Assembly (NCBI GenBank): GCA_032128875.1
Contig: JAVLKG010000003.1
Span: forward strand, 353,008-417,007
DNA length: 64,000 nt
Origin: Candidatus Melainabacteria bacterium 17Bon1m
GTDB taxonomy: Bacteria; Cyanobacteriota; Vampirovibrionia; Obscuribacterales; Obscuribacteraceae
Direction: 5' to 3'
Shown here: positions 27,712 to 36,625 of the stretch, in pieces
Layout of the letters: every line of letters starts with the position of its first letter
Numbering within the stretch: position 1 is the first letter of the stretch
Notes under the pieces: generated by a model
What the model was told of the DNA's origin: nothing
The model's database searches: none
Seen by the model: the letters and a program-made list of their open reading frames with translations, nothing else
Translations under genes and position numbers: made by a program

Positions 27712-27966
27712 ATGGGTTTTCGCAAGTCATTCAGTAGCGGCTATCTCGGTTACGTGAAAGCTACAACGCGTTCCAGTGCAGAGGGTCTACAGTCCTTTGC
27801 TTTGGGTCAAAACAATTCGAATTCGCAAGGCTTTTCGGCAGCTGGTCCATGCTCTTGTGCTTGCACATGCCCTTGCGCATGCGCCAGCTCCTGCTCATGC
27901 GCTTGTACTTGCCCATGTGCCTGCGGCAGTAGTTGCTTTACTCCTCCTGCTCCTACAGATAACTAA
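27712..27966 (+). CDS. RiPP precursor peptide B (84 aa; 13-Cys alternating core)
   Basis: AGGAG RBS; core GPCSCACTCPCACASSCSCACTCPCACGSSCFTPPAPTDN; first gene of cassette 2. Confidence 0.92.
   Translation: MGFRKSFSSGYLGYVKATTRSSAEGLQSFALGQNNSNSQGFSAAGPCSCACTCPCACASSCSCACTCPCACGSSCFTPPAPTDN
27850..27933 (+). repeat. 2 x 42-nt coding repeat (CSCACTCPCAC[AG]SS)
   Basis: Amino acids identical at 13 of 14 positions while most codons differ. Confidence 0.85.
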
Positions 27967-28033
27967 GCCAGCTGTCTCTATCTTCTAAAGCACCGGGCAT
28001 CGTAAAATGAATCTTGCCCTGTGAGCGTATGTC

Positions 28034-29176
28034 ATGCCAGAGAAGGACAATAAGAAGGCGCTTTCCTTTTTGAAGGAAGGCGGCACTAACTTTCCGAAGC
28101 GGCCAAAACTAGTGGAAGACGTCCTGGTCTTTCACATGCCGGACGGTTTGGGCATGCAATTTCGCGGACTATCCAGCCCTGTTGTATTGCGGGGGGCACT
28201 TGTCGAAGCGCTGCTTCCAAAGCTATTGCCCTTGCTGAATGGAGAGCATGAGATTTCGCAGCTGTTTGAGAAGTGCGGCGCAGAATTTGAGCCCGCTGAT
28301 GTGGCGGCCCTTCTTTTGAGTCTTTTTACCCGTGGGGCAATTGCAGAGGCGGAAGCGGAAAGATATCCCCAGGCTGTTGTTGATAGAAAGACTCTGCTCT
28401 TTCATGGAAGAAGGTTAGGCGTAACTCGCAATAACAATTCTTCTTCGCAAGTCGTGAAGAAGTTATCGCGCGCTCACATTGTGGTAATTGCCGATGGATT
28501 GCTTGGTGCAAGCACCATCGATTTGTTGAGTCGATCCGGTTTTGAGAAGATTTCCGCAGCAGCTCTAAAATCAAGTACAGATGCAGCTGAAATTTTTTGC
28601 GAATTGCAGAGCGAATTCAACGTCGAGTACATCGAAGGAAACGAGAACGGCATCAAGAACTTCTTGCACGGGCGCCAGGAATCAGCCGACCTTGTATTAG
28701 CAGCACTACGCAATGTGCCGCAATCTCTCTTTGTCGCGCTCAATGAAGAATGCGTTCAAGCAAATGTTGAATGGTTGCGCGCTTACGACAATGGCAGTGT
28801 TATAGAGTTGGGTCCTTATGTAAACCCGCACGATACCGCGTGTTTTGAATGCATGCTTGTGCGTGAAATTAGCGCCGGCGAGCATTCTGTAGAGGAAGAG
28901 CTTTATCAGAAATTTCTTGAAGAAGGCAGGTCTACCGATTTTATGTGCGGTGAGTCGATAGCGCTGGCAACTCAGGCTGCTGCATACTTGACCCAGGAAG
29001 CCGTGCGAATAGTCACTGCCATTGAAAAACCTCAGTTGGACGGACGCGTACTTAGCTTTCACTCGGATGGTAACATCGATCAAAATACCTTCACACGCGT
29101 GCCGCGATGCGAAGTGTGCGCACGAGCCGGAGCCTTGGTTTTGCCGGAGAAAGAGCATGCCAGTAAGCTCTCGTGA
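28034..29176 (+). CDS. E1/ThiF-like leader-binding partner (C protein) with RRE-like region, cassette 2
   Basis: Paralog of 22309-23448 (FPKRPKLVEDV.VF.MPDGLGMQ.RG, LGPYVNPHDTACFEC, RCEVC). Confidence 0.88.
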   Translation: MPEKDNKKALSFLKEGGTNFPKRPKLVEDVLVFHMPDGLGMQFRGLSSPVVLRGALVEALLPKLLPLLNGEHEISQLFEKCGAEFEPADVAALLLSLFTRGAIAEAEAERYPQAVVDRKTLLFHGRRLGVTRNNNSSSQVVKKLSRAHIVVIADGLLGASTIDLLSRSGFEKISAAALKSSTDAAEIFCELQSEFNVEYIEGNENGIKNFLHGRQESADLVLAALRNVPQSLFVALNEECVQANVEWLRAYDNGSVIELGPYVNPHDTACFECMLVREISAGEHSVEEELYQKFLEEGRSTDFMCGESIALATQAAAYLTQEAVRIVTAIEKPQLDGRVLSFHSDGNIDQNTFTRVPRCEVCARAGALVLPEKEHASKLS

Positions 29177-30476
29177 AAAACTGGGAAGCCTTGCTTCGGT
29201 TTTGGATCTGGTCGATGACAGGTTCGGTCCGGTTAAGAGCATCTACGGCATAAAGACGACCGGGAAACAACCGCCATTCTGGGTTTTTCACGCTCAACTG
29301 ACGCGCCCTTTGGGACAGTATTTTGTTGATTATGACTGTGACGCTTGGGGCTCTTCCGTCGACAAGGATGAAGCCTTGTTCAAATGCCTGGGTGAAGTTC
29401 TCGAGCGTTACTGCATGTACAACACCTTTTTAACCGGAGAATTTGCGCAGCTTCCGGCATCTGAATGCCAATTGCTCAGGCAGTTTCCACGTTGTGCTCC
29501 TGACGAGAGATGCGCCGATTCATATAAGGAAATATCGCCAGACTGGACTTTGACGATGGCATCCGTCAAGGAAGTTGCAACAGGTAATGCCCATTGGATT
29601 CCCGCAGGCTACGTAGACTTTTCCTATCAGTCTCCTGAAGGCGAGCCAAGAGTGACACTGTCGCATTCGTCCGGTTCGGCATTCCATGAAAATCTTCACC
29701 GAGCAATATGGGCTGGGCTCTGCGAAGTTGCTGAAAGAGACGCATTTTCGCTTTTTTGGCTGAACCAATATTGCGCCAAAGAGATAACTTTTGATCTGAA
29801 TTTCGGCAGCGATACTGCAGAATTAAATTCCCTGGCAAAGCGACTGAAACTCATTAAAGACTCAGGATTGCGAGTTCGCAGCTTTGATATTACGACTGAT
29901 TTTAGAGTCCCGACGGTTTTTTCAGTCGTTCAGGGCGATGAATTTCCGTTTGCCACTTTTGGTGCCTCTTGCTCTGCAGATCCTGTGAAGGCTGTAATTA
30001 AGTCGATTGATGAAGTCTTTCTGGTGCGCTTAGCACAGCTCAGTGGTGAAAAGGAGGTTCTCGATGCTCCGTCTTATACAGACTTCTCCTGGGTTAATCA
30101 ATTGCGCGATCACTGCGATCTTTACGCTAGGTGGCAAGACACTCCAGCATTCGATTTCTTCATGAAAAAGTCGGAGACCATCTCGCTTTCAGAGTTACGG
30201 CAAATGAGCTGGTGGTCCGAGCCTGACAGTTACGAGCAGCTGCGCGATACATGTGCGATGCTTCAAGAGCGCCTTGGCATGACGGTTTTGTTTATGGACT
30301 GCACGCTTGATGATGTATCAAAATTTGGAGTTGGAATCAAAGTTGTGGTCCCGCAAATGCAGCCGATCAGTGTGCCAGAGTCGCTCAAATGGTTGGCGCA
30401 CTTGCGCCTCGCTCAGCATGCTGAAAGACTATCGCTCAAGTGTGCGAGCAATCCTTACCCGCATCCATTTCCATAG
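29157..30476 (+). CDS. YcaO cyclodehydratase (D protein), cassette 2
   Basis: GEVLERY, SSGSA, CEVAERD, IDEV; C-terminal PYPHPFP; start ATG 29157. Confidence 0.93.
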   Translation: MPVSSREKLGSLASVLDLVDDRFGPVKSIYGIKTTGKQPPFWVFHAQLTRPLGQYFVDYDCDAWGSSVDKDEALFKCLGEVLERYCMYNTFLTGEFAQLPASECQLLRQFPRCAPDERCADSYKEISPDWTLTMASVKEVATGNAHWIPAGYVDFSYQSPEGEPRVTLSHSSGSAFHENLHRAIWAGLCEVAERDAFSLFWLNQYCAKEITFDLNFGSDTAELNSLAKRLKLIKDSGLRVRSFDITTDFRVPTVFSVVQGDEFPFATFGASCSADPVKAVIKSIDEVFLVRLAQLSGEKEVLDAPSYTDFSWVNQLRDHCDLYARWQDTPAFDFFMKKSETISLSELRQMSWWSEPDSYEQLRDTCAMLQERLGMTVLFMDCTLDDVSKFGVGIKVVVPQMQPISVPESLKWLAHLRLAQHAERLSLKCASNPYPHPFP

Positions 30477-30484
30477 GTAGACAA

Positions 30485-31267
30485 ATGCGAATTACAGAAA
30501 GGAAAATGGCTGCAGACCTCGCTTGTGACTATCACACAGCGAGCAATAATTCTCCATGGCTGCTGAAGTTGCCTGTGATTCGTCAGGTCAACTACAGCGA
30601 GCACGTTCAAGAATTGATGGATGAAGGTCCGAGGCAAATCGATTCGGTAACAGATGTTCGAACTTTTCAGCAAGTTGCCGAGACATCTGAAATGACTTTG
30701 CTAGAGGCGCTTGCGCGCAGAAAAAGCTCACGGGAATTTTCTAAAGTTGCTCTGGATTTGCAAAAGTTGGGTCAATTACTCGGACTTTCTAATGGGCTGC
30801 GCAACAAAGTAGGCAATGCCAATGACGGAGGGAGAAACGCTCCCAGTGCCGGGAGCCTTTGCTCTTGTGAAATGTATGTGTTGGCGCTGAACGTCGCTGA
30901 TCTTGAAAAAGGTATTTACCACTATGATGTGGGCGCTCATGGATTGAAGAAGATCAAACTCGGCGATTTCAAAGAATGGTCGAAGCGAATGCTTCTTCTG
31001 CAGTCGGAATTGTGCGACTCTGCGGCGTTGATTTTTCTTGCCAGCAATCAAGGACGCTTGCGCAGCAAATATGGTCCTCGCGCATATAGACTGGGTTTAC
31101 TGGATGCAGGGCATGTTTCTGAGAACCTCTATCTGGTGTCAGCTGCGCTCAATCTTTCAGTGACAGCTACGGGTGGTTTTATTGATGATGAGATAAATCA
31201 TTCGCTCGGCTTGGACGGAGTCGATGATTGCGTAGTGCTTGTTCTGGCGGTTGGTGAACCGGGCTGA
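30485..31267 (+). CDS. SagB/ThcOx family azoline dehydrogenase, cassette 2
   Basis: RRKSSREF, APSAGSL, GIYHYD, KYGPRAYR, DAGHVSENLYL, GGFID. Confidence 0.92.
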   Translation: MRITERKMAADLACDYHTASNNSPWLLKLPVIRQVNYSEHVQELMDEGPRQIDSVTDVRTFQQVAETSEMTLLEALARRKSSREFSKVALDLQKLGQLLGLSNGLRNKVGNANDGGRNAPSAGSLCSCEMYVLALNVADLEKGIYHYDVGAHGLKKIKLGDFKEWSKRMLLLQSELCDSAALIFLASNQGRLRSKYGPRAYRLGLLDAGHVSENLYLVSAALNLSVTATGGFIDDEINHSLGLDGVDDCVVLVLAVGEPG

Positions 31268-31271
31268 GCAG

Positions 31272-32447
31272 CTAATATGGCGGCTTTCCAAACAGGGCTT
31301 TTATTCTCTCGCTGGTCTGTTTTAGTCCGTGGTGAATTGTATTCTTCGGCCTTAAGCGTTGCCGATTAGTCGCTATCAAATCGGAGAGCTGATTGCGAAA
31401 CGGTAGTCTGTTGCCTATTTTCAGAAGGGTTTCTAATGCCTCGAGATGAACCTCGTCAAGTTCTTCAATATCTTGAAAAACATCTTCAGACAGCGCTTGT
31501 GGAAATGAGCAAGGCGTCGGAAGCTGCAACATGCTGATAAGCATTAGTGTGATCAAGCACTTTCCGCACCGCCCGCAGTTTTGGTCTTTCTTCGGATTTG
31601 AGTAACAGACGCGAATTCGCTCGTAAGCTGTCTGCCATTCGCGCAAATGATAAAGCTTAGAGCCGCGATTCCAAATGGCACCATCATGGAAAATGGAAAA
31701 ATTTCTGCTGGACATTAGATGATCACTTGTCGGATTGCTGCCCCAGAGCGGCGCCAGGTCGTTGTAGCAGTAGGTGCCTGGAATAATTCCTTCGGAAAAG
31801 GTGCGCTTGAAAAATGTCAAACAAGATGCAATTCCGGCTGCATGCGTTTCATTCCAGTCAGGAAAGAGAAGGCGATGATTGGACTGAATTGGATACAGAG
31901 GCACGCCGACAGACTTGAGCGTGTCTTGATTCGTCCTGAACGCTCGTTGGTAAGCCTCTTCATCTTCCAGCGGAATGTCAAAGCCATGCACAAAAAGCGC
32001 TGCTCCCAGATTGCGTTTTAGTCGACCGCAAATTCCCGATGCGTGTCGATAAACCGTAAAACTGCTGTCGAGTCCGCCGGAGAAAGCGCATATAGAGCGA
32101 TCAAGGTCGGGAAAAACATCTGTCTCTGCCTCAGTTTGGGCAGTAATTTCCACCCGACTGTATTTGCCAGGCAGGTTGGCGTACCAGTAAGCCTGGAATT
32201 CCATCAAATTGCGAATGAGGAATGGAGAGACTGTGCCATGAACATGCACGTTAGCTTTAGCAGTCATCGCTGCGAAAATTGCGGCAATGAGGTAAGGTTC
32301 TGCACTTCCCGTCAAATTTTGCGCAAGCTCTTCCGACACCCTGTACCAGAGCTGTTTGCGTTCTCCATTGGGAAATTCGATTTCGGCCGAAAGCTCGACT
32401 TGTCCGTCAACCAGCTTGGGCTCTAATGGGTAAATATTGGTACGCAT
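31272..32447 (-). CDS. PP-loop protein with QueC-like Cys motif, copy 2
   Basis: FSGGLDSSF and RVCY..NCGRCGKC; paralog of 18879-20105; start ATG 32447. Confidence 0.75.
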   Translation of the reverse strand: MRTNIYPLEPKLVDGQVELSAEIEFPNGERKQLWYRVSEELAQNLTGSAEPYLIAAIFAAMTAKANVHVHGTVSPFLIRNLMEFQAYWYANLPGKYSRVEITAQTEAETDVFPDLDRSICAFSGGLDSSFTVYRHASGICGRLKRNLGAALFVHGFDIPLEDEEAYQRAFRTNQDTLKSVGVPLYPIQSNHRLLFPDWNETHAAGIASCLTFFKRTFSEGIIPGTYCYNDLAPLWGSNPTSDHLMSSRNFSIFHDGAIWNRGSKLYHLREWQTAYERIRVCYSNPKKDQNCGRCGKCLITLMLISMLQLPTPCSFPQALSEDVFQDIEELDEVHLEALETLLKIGNRLPFRNQLSDLIATNRQRLRPKNTIHHGLKQTSERIKALFGKPPY

Positions 32448-32548
32448 ACTGCATTTGTATAACAATGCCGAATGCATAATCATGAGACGGTTGTCATGTT
32501 GCTTTTGGCTGAGCGAGTAGACTGATAGAAAAACGCAGTCCTCTGACC

Positions 32549-33562
32549 ATGCAAAAAGCGCCGCTGATCTCGATTGTCATCACTTACTACAGCTATGCCG
32601 ACTATCTGTTGGAAGCAGTGGCGAGTATTAACGCGCAGACATATCGCAATTTCGAAGTAATTATCGTAGATGATGGTTCGCCCGAAAAACACGTGTATGA
32701 GCTGGATTTCGGAGCTATTGAGTTTCCTCTCAAAATCGTTACGCACGAGTCCAACAAAGGTCTGCCGGAAGCTAGAAACACTGGTGTTAAACAGGCATCA
32801 GGTGAGTTTCTCGTAATAATGGACTCCGACGATCTTATTGAGCCAACGTTCTTGCAAGATACGTTGGCTGTGCTCCAAAACTCTGATAATGACGGCGTTT
32901 ACACTCATATGCAGTTGTTCGGCGCACGCGATTATCTCTGGACGGACGAGGTTTCTCTCATTTCTCTTCTTGCTGGAGAGCCTGGACCCGTAACATTCTT
33001 GATGAAGCGAAAGGTTTTTGAAGAAGTGGGCGGTTATAACCAGCACCTGTCTCTCAACAGCGATCACGAGTTTTGGGTCGCGGCTTTGGGCTGCGGCATG
33101 AAGTTTGCTCGCCTGGAGAAAACCTTATTCAAATACCGCAAGCACGAGCAAAGCATGTCCAGCGTGAATCGCGATCAGTGGTGGCAATCTATTCCTGTTC
33201 TTTTAGAACACCACAAGGAGTTGTACGACCGTCATTATCCGGAAGTCTTGGCTTTCAAAGAAAGACAATTCAGAAAGCTTGAAGATCAGTATGACACGCT
33301 CTATCAAGAGTGGCTCGAAGTAGACGCTGAGTCCAGGCGTGTTCACCAGATCCACAAGGAAGCGCTGAAGCGCATGTCCTTTGCCGATCAAGTGTTTCAG
33401 AATCCAGTTTTGCGAGCGCTATTTTTTCTTTTCAGGCGCAGTCCAAACAGCACCATCGATTCCGCCGTTGACTCCGCGCTTACGGTCTCGGCGAAAACTG
33501 CGCCGGACAGCAATGCCAAAGTCACAGGTATAGGCGACACTCGCAGAGTTGTGTCGCGCTAG
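32549..33562 (+). CDS. GT2 glycosyltransferase with C-terminal coiled coil
   Basis: QTYRNFEVIIVDDGS, GLPEARN, MDSDD, VGGY, DHEFW. Confidence 0.92.
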   Translation: MQKAPLISIVITYYSYADYLLEAVASINAQTYRNFEVIIVDDGSPEKHVYELDFGAIEFPLKIVTHESNKGLPEARNTGVKQASGEFLVIMDSDDLIEPTFLQDTLAVLQNSDNDGVYTHMQLFGARDYLWTDEVSLISLLAGEPGPVTFLMKRKVFEEVGGYNQHLSLNSDHEFWVAALGCGMKFARLEKTLFKYRKHEQSMSSVNRDQWWQSIPVLLEHHKELYDRHYPEVLAFKERQFRKLEDQYDTLYQEWLEVDAESRRVHQIHKEALKRMSFADQVFQNPVLRALFFLFRRSPNSTIDSAVDSALTVSAKTAPDSNAKVTGIGDTRRVVSR

Positions 33563-33612
33563 TAAGTTCGACAGAGTTAGAACTCATTCGAAGTATTTGG
33601 AATGAGTTTGCG

Positions 33613-34728
33613 CTAGTTTGTGCTGGATTGAATGAACTGATTTATTTGAGATTCGTCAGCCAGAAAACTGCAATTTCTGTTTTGCATTTTCCAGGTGGAA
33701 AAGAACTGTTCATTCTTGTGGTAAGAGTTTGATACCAAGCCATTTTTTACGCCCAGAATGCATGAGGTCAAATGCGCGTGCAGACGATCTGTGATGACCA
33801 AAACGCATTCGGAAATTTGTCTTATCGCATCGAAAGCAATCATCCAGGAAAAAAGCGTCTGCTCGCGATTGGGCATGGCTTCAAGTATTGGAGCAAATCT
33901 CTTTGAATAGCGCCACTTGATTCGATCAGGCAGTCGATGTGGTTTGGAAATTCCTCTTTGCCAAAGTTCGCGCACTGCATATACCGAGCCTGGTAGTTTT
34001 TTATAAATTTCAGCTGGCTCTGAAAGCTTGCCGCGCCCGTCGTAGAGCCATTTGTAAGTCTCCCAGTCTTCGACCGGTAGATTCGAGTTGCTGGCTATTT
34101 CTGAAAGCTGTTTGTTCGATGACTCTTTATCTGCTCGAATGAGAAACTTTGTTTTTCCTTTTTTCCGTTTTTTGAAAAACATTTGAATCACTGGTGCGAG
34201 CATGAAAACCATGTCAGGGGCGAGAATTACGCGAGCATTCGTAAAATGCTCCTGGGCAAATTCAAAGCTCTTTTGGTCGCGCGTGAAAATTGTCAGGTTT
34301 GGATGTGAGTTGAAAACATGTTTGGCCGCATTCAGTGCTTCGTCATCAGAGAAGAGAATTGATTGCGGCATGATGTAAATCGGACAATCATGATTATCGG
34401 CGATCACGCGTTCGCGAAACTTTTGGCTGTCGGGCCAGATATCACCCAGGTTGCCTCCACCTTGCAAAAATATCGGTGCAGTGCCATTTTTCTCTCTCAT
34501 CGCTTTCTGATCGAAATCAACAAGAGATGAAGTGTAGGTAATTCGTGCTTTTCTCTTCTCGATTAGGAAGAAGCATGTGCCGAGCCAGATCAAATGATCT
34601 CCCGAATTGAGATGATCCGGATAGTCGAGAAAAGCGCACTGCTGGAAGCTCTCGATTTGCGCGAGAGCCTCCGATAGCTGCGTTTCCAGAGGCAGATCTT
34701 TCAGATGTTGTGCCTCTGACTTTTCCAT
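33613..34728 (-). CDS. Polysaccharide pyruvyl transferase family protein
   Basis: NSGDHLI, LQGGGNLGDIW, MPQS, TRD, APDM, ITDRLHAH, NSYHK. Confidence 0.9.
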   Translation of the reverse strand: MEKSEAQHLKDLPLETQLSEALAQIESFQQCAFLDYPDHLNSGDHLIWLGTCFFLIEKRKARITYTSSLVDFDQKAMREKNGTAPIFLQGGGNLGDIWPDSQKFRERVIADNHDCPIYIMPQSILFSDDEALNAAKHVFNSHPNLTIFTRDQKSFEFAQEHFTNARVILAPDMVFMLAPVIQMFFKKRKKGKTKFLIRADKESSNKQLSEIASNSNLPVEDWETYKWLYDGRGKLSEPAEIYKKLPGSVYAVRELWQRGISKPHRLPDRIKWRYSKRFAPILEAMPNREQTLFSWMIAFDAIRQISECVLVITDRLHAHLTSCILGVKNGLVSNSYHKNEQFFSTWKMQNRNCSFLADESQINQFIQSSTN

Positions 34729-34749
34729 TTTGATGACTTGTCTCGAAGC

Positions 34750-36453
34750 TTATTCTACTTTGAGGTCACCAGCGGCGATGGCAAATTCGGCCGTTGGTTT
34801 TCCTTGAGTATTGGAAGCGTTGAGTATCTGCAATTTACGCTTTGTGTCGACGTCGACGACCGATACAAAAACGGAATACTTGCCGGGCTTGAGGGGCGGC
34901 ATTTTGAGCTCTTCAGACCAGGTGATCGGTTTTCCGGCTTGCCATTGATTGGTCGGTGGCTGCGGTGTGTGAAGCGATTGCCCAATCGGTCTGCCGGATT
35001 CATCACGGAATTCCATTTGTAGTTTGTAGCTGCCGGCTACGTCTTTGTCGAATTCTCTGGATGGACGCAACGGTGTTGCGGCGCCCAGGTTGAGGAATTC
35101 GAAAGATGCCTTCAACTTTTCGCCTTGCTTCAGCTTTTCGTCAAAAGAGATTTTTTGCGAGACTAACTGATAGCCGAGTTTTGAGCGAAGCTCTTCGAGA
35201 GACTTCGACAACACTTCATCTTTGCTGGCGCTCTCCAGTGTCGAGAGTGGGATTTCAACAAAGCTGATGCCGTCCACAGGAGCGTTTTTCGCGATCTTTT
35301 CCAGACCTTCTGCATCAACCTTTTCAGTCAGCTGATAGCCGGTAAATGTATCGGGATGGAATTTGATGATGACTCGATATTGATCGAACCCGTGCTTTCC
35401 GTCATTGACGTTTTGACGGGTGATATAAACCCGCTGTCCATAACGGTAAATGAGGTAGTCGGAGATTTCATCCAACGTATCTTGTCCAGGACGATTCGGT
35501 GTGGGCGGGTCAACGTCGAAGTTCAATCTTGCTGTCGGAAAGGCTTTCGGGAAAATGTCGGCTACGTACTTCCAGTGCGTCACTAGTTGTCTTTGGCTCA
35601 TGCCGTGATCTTTGATGAGCGCTGTTTCTAGCTTGCTGTAATTGCCCTTCTCTCCGGTTACATCCGGTACAACCAGGGTGCTGCCGCCGACGCCACCACC
35701 GGTGATGCCGATGGAATGGATGTTGGGATTTTTGTCATACTTCTCACCCATTTCGGTAATGAAATTTGACCATTTAGCCAGATAGTTGGTATCCCAGAAG
35801 ATCGGCATCAAATGCTGCTTGCCGTCCTTGCCGGTGTATTCCATTGTCTTTACGTCACCGGTGAAAACCCAGCTCGGGGTATCGGAATCAAGCGCGACTT
35901 TTTTGTCGCCTTCTTCCGCCTTCGGAGCAACGTAGCCCTCCGGTACAGTGTCGATGCCGCAGGTAGAAACGCGCAGGATCAATGTTTTACCTGACGGCTT
36001 CAAGAGTTCCAAAAGATTGTCCAGTGGTTGCCAATTGAACTCGTCTTCTTTCGGTTCCAAAACTTTCCACGGAATGGTTACTGAAAGTCCGCTTATATTT
36101 GGGCGATTCAGAATTTCGGTGATCGCTTGGGTCTGTCCGATTTTGTCGGTCGGAATAAGCGCGAACAAACCGATTTCCTTGTTGAAAACCGGCTGCGCTC
36201 CCTCTATCGCTACTGCCTTAAATTTCTTGGTTTTGATCAGGCGATCTTGACCTTCATTCAGGTAGTGCTTTTTCTCGGGAATCGGATTGAAATACTTGAC
36301 AAATTCCCCTGGCGTATTTTTTGCTTCGGCCTTCTGAAGAGGAAGACCTATCCCTGAAAATGCAGAGACGCCAAAGGTTACCGCCAGCGAAAGTGATATT
36401 GATCTAAACGCGAAATCCTTCATAGCGCTCCTCACATTCCCTCCATCAGACAT
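34750..36453 (-). CDS. Exported glycoside hydrolase-like TIM-barrel protein (GH-A/beta-galactosidase-like) with C-terminal Ig-like domain
   Basis: Signal peptide; PWKVLEPKEDEFNW, TPSWV, PIFWD..YLAKW..F...GEKYD motifs; GYQL junction to a beta domain. Confidence 0.65.
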   Translation of the reverse strand: MSDGGNVRSAMKDFAFRSISLSLAVTFGVSAFSGIGLPLQKAEAKNTPGEFVKYFNPIPEKKHYLNEGQDRLIKTKKFKAVAIEGAQPVFNKEIGLFALIPTDKIGQTQAITEILNRPNISGLSVTIPWKVLEPKEDEFNWQPLDNLLELLKPSGKTLILRVSTCGIDTVPEGYVAPKAEEGDKKVALDSDTPSWVFTGDVKTMEYTGKDGKQHLMPIFWDTNYLAKWSNFITEMGEKYDKNPNIHSIGITGGGVGGSTLVVPDVTGEKGNYSKLETALIKDHGMSQRQLVTHWKYVADIFPKAFPTARLNFDVDPPTPNRPGQDTLDEISDYLIYRYGQRVYITRQNVNDGKHGFDQYRVIIKFHPDTFTGYQLTEKVDAEGLEKIAKNAPVDGISFVEIPLSTLESASKDEVLSKSLEELRSKLGYQLVSQKISFDEKLKQGEKLKASFEFLNLGAATPLRPSREFDKDVAGSYKLQMEFRDESGRPIGQSLHTPQPPTNQWQAGKPITWSEELKMPPLKPGKYSVFVSVVDVDTKRKLQILNASNTQGKPTAEFAIAAGDLKVE

Positions 36454-36625
36454 TTTTCAAGTTCGCCGGACAGTAGACACTTTTAATGCCGGCACCAAAA
36501 CTGTGAATTGTACAAGCAATCAGCCATTTTTTCCCTTTTGAATCGCATGGCTGCCTGCATAAAGCTGTCTGCTCAAATGTGATAACCTTTCACGACGATT
36601 CAAATGAACGAAGCGGAGGCGTTTC

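Noticed and set aside
27712-27966. Stand-alone metallothionein
   Set aside because: It has a Cys-free leader sharing motifs with A1-A3 and heads a YcaO operon; metal binding by the product remains possible
21009-30476. YcaOs as thioamide-forming, thiopeptide, bottromycin or cyanobactin enzymes
   Set aside because: No TfuA, lanthipeptide dehydratase, pyridine synthase, radical SAM or PatA/PatG protease genes; HPFP C-termini plus E1-like partners and SagB fit azole formation
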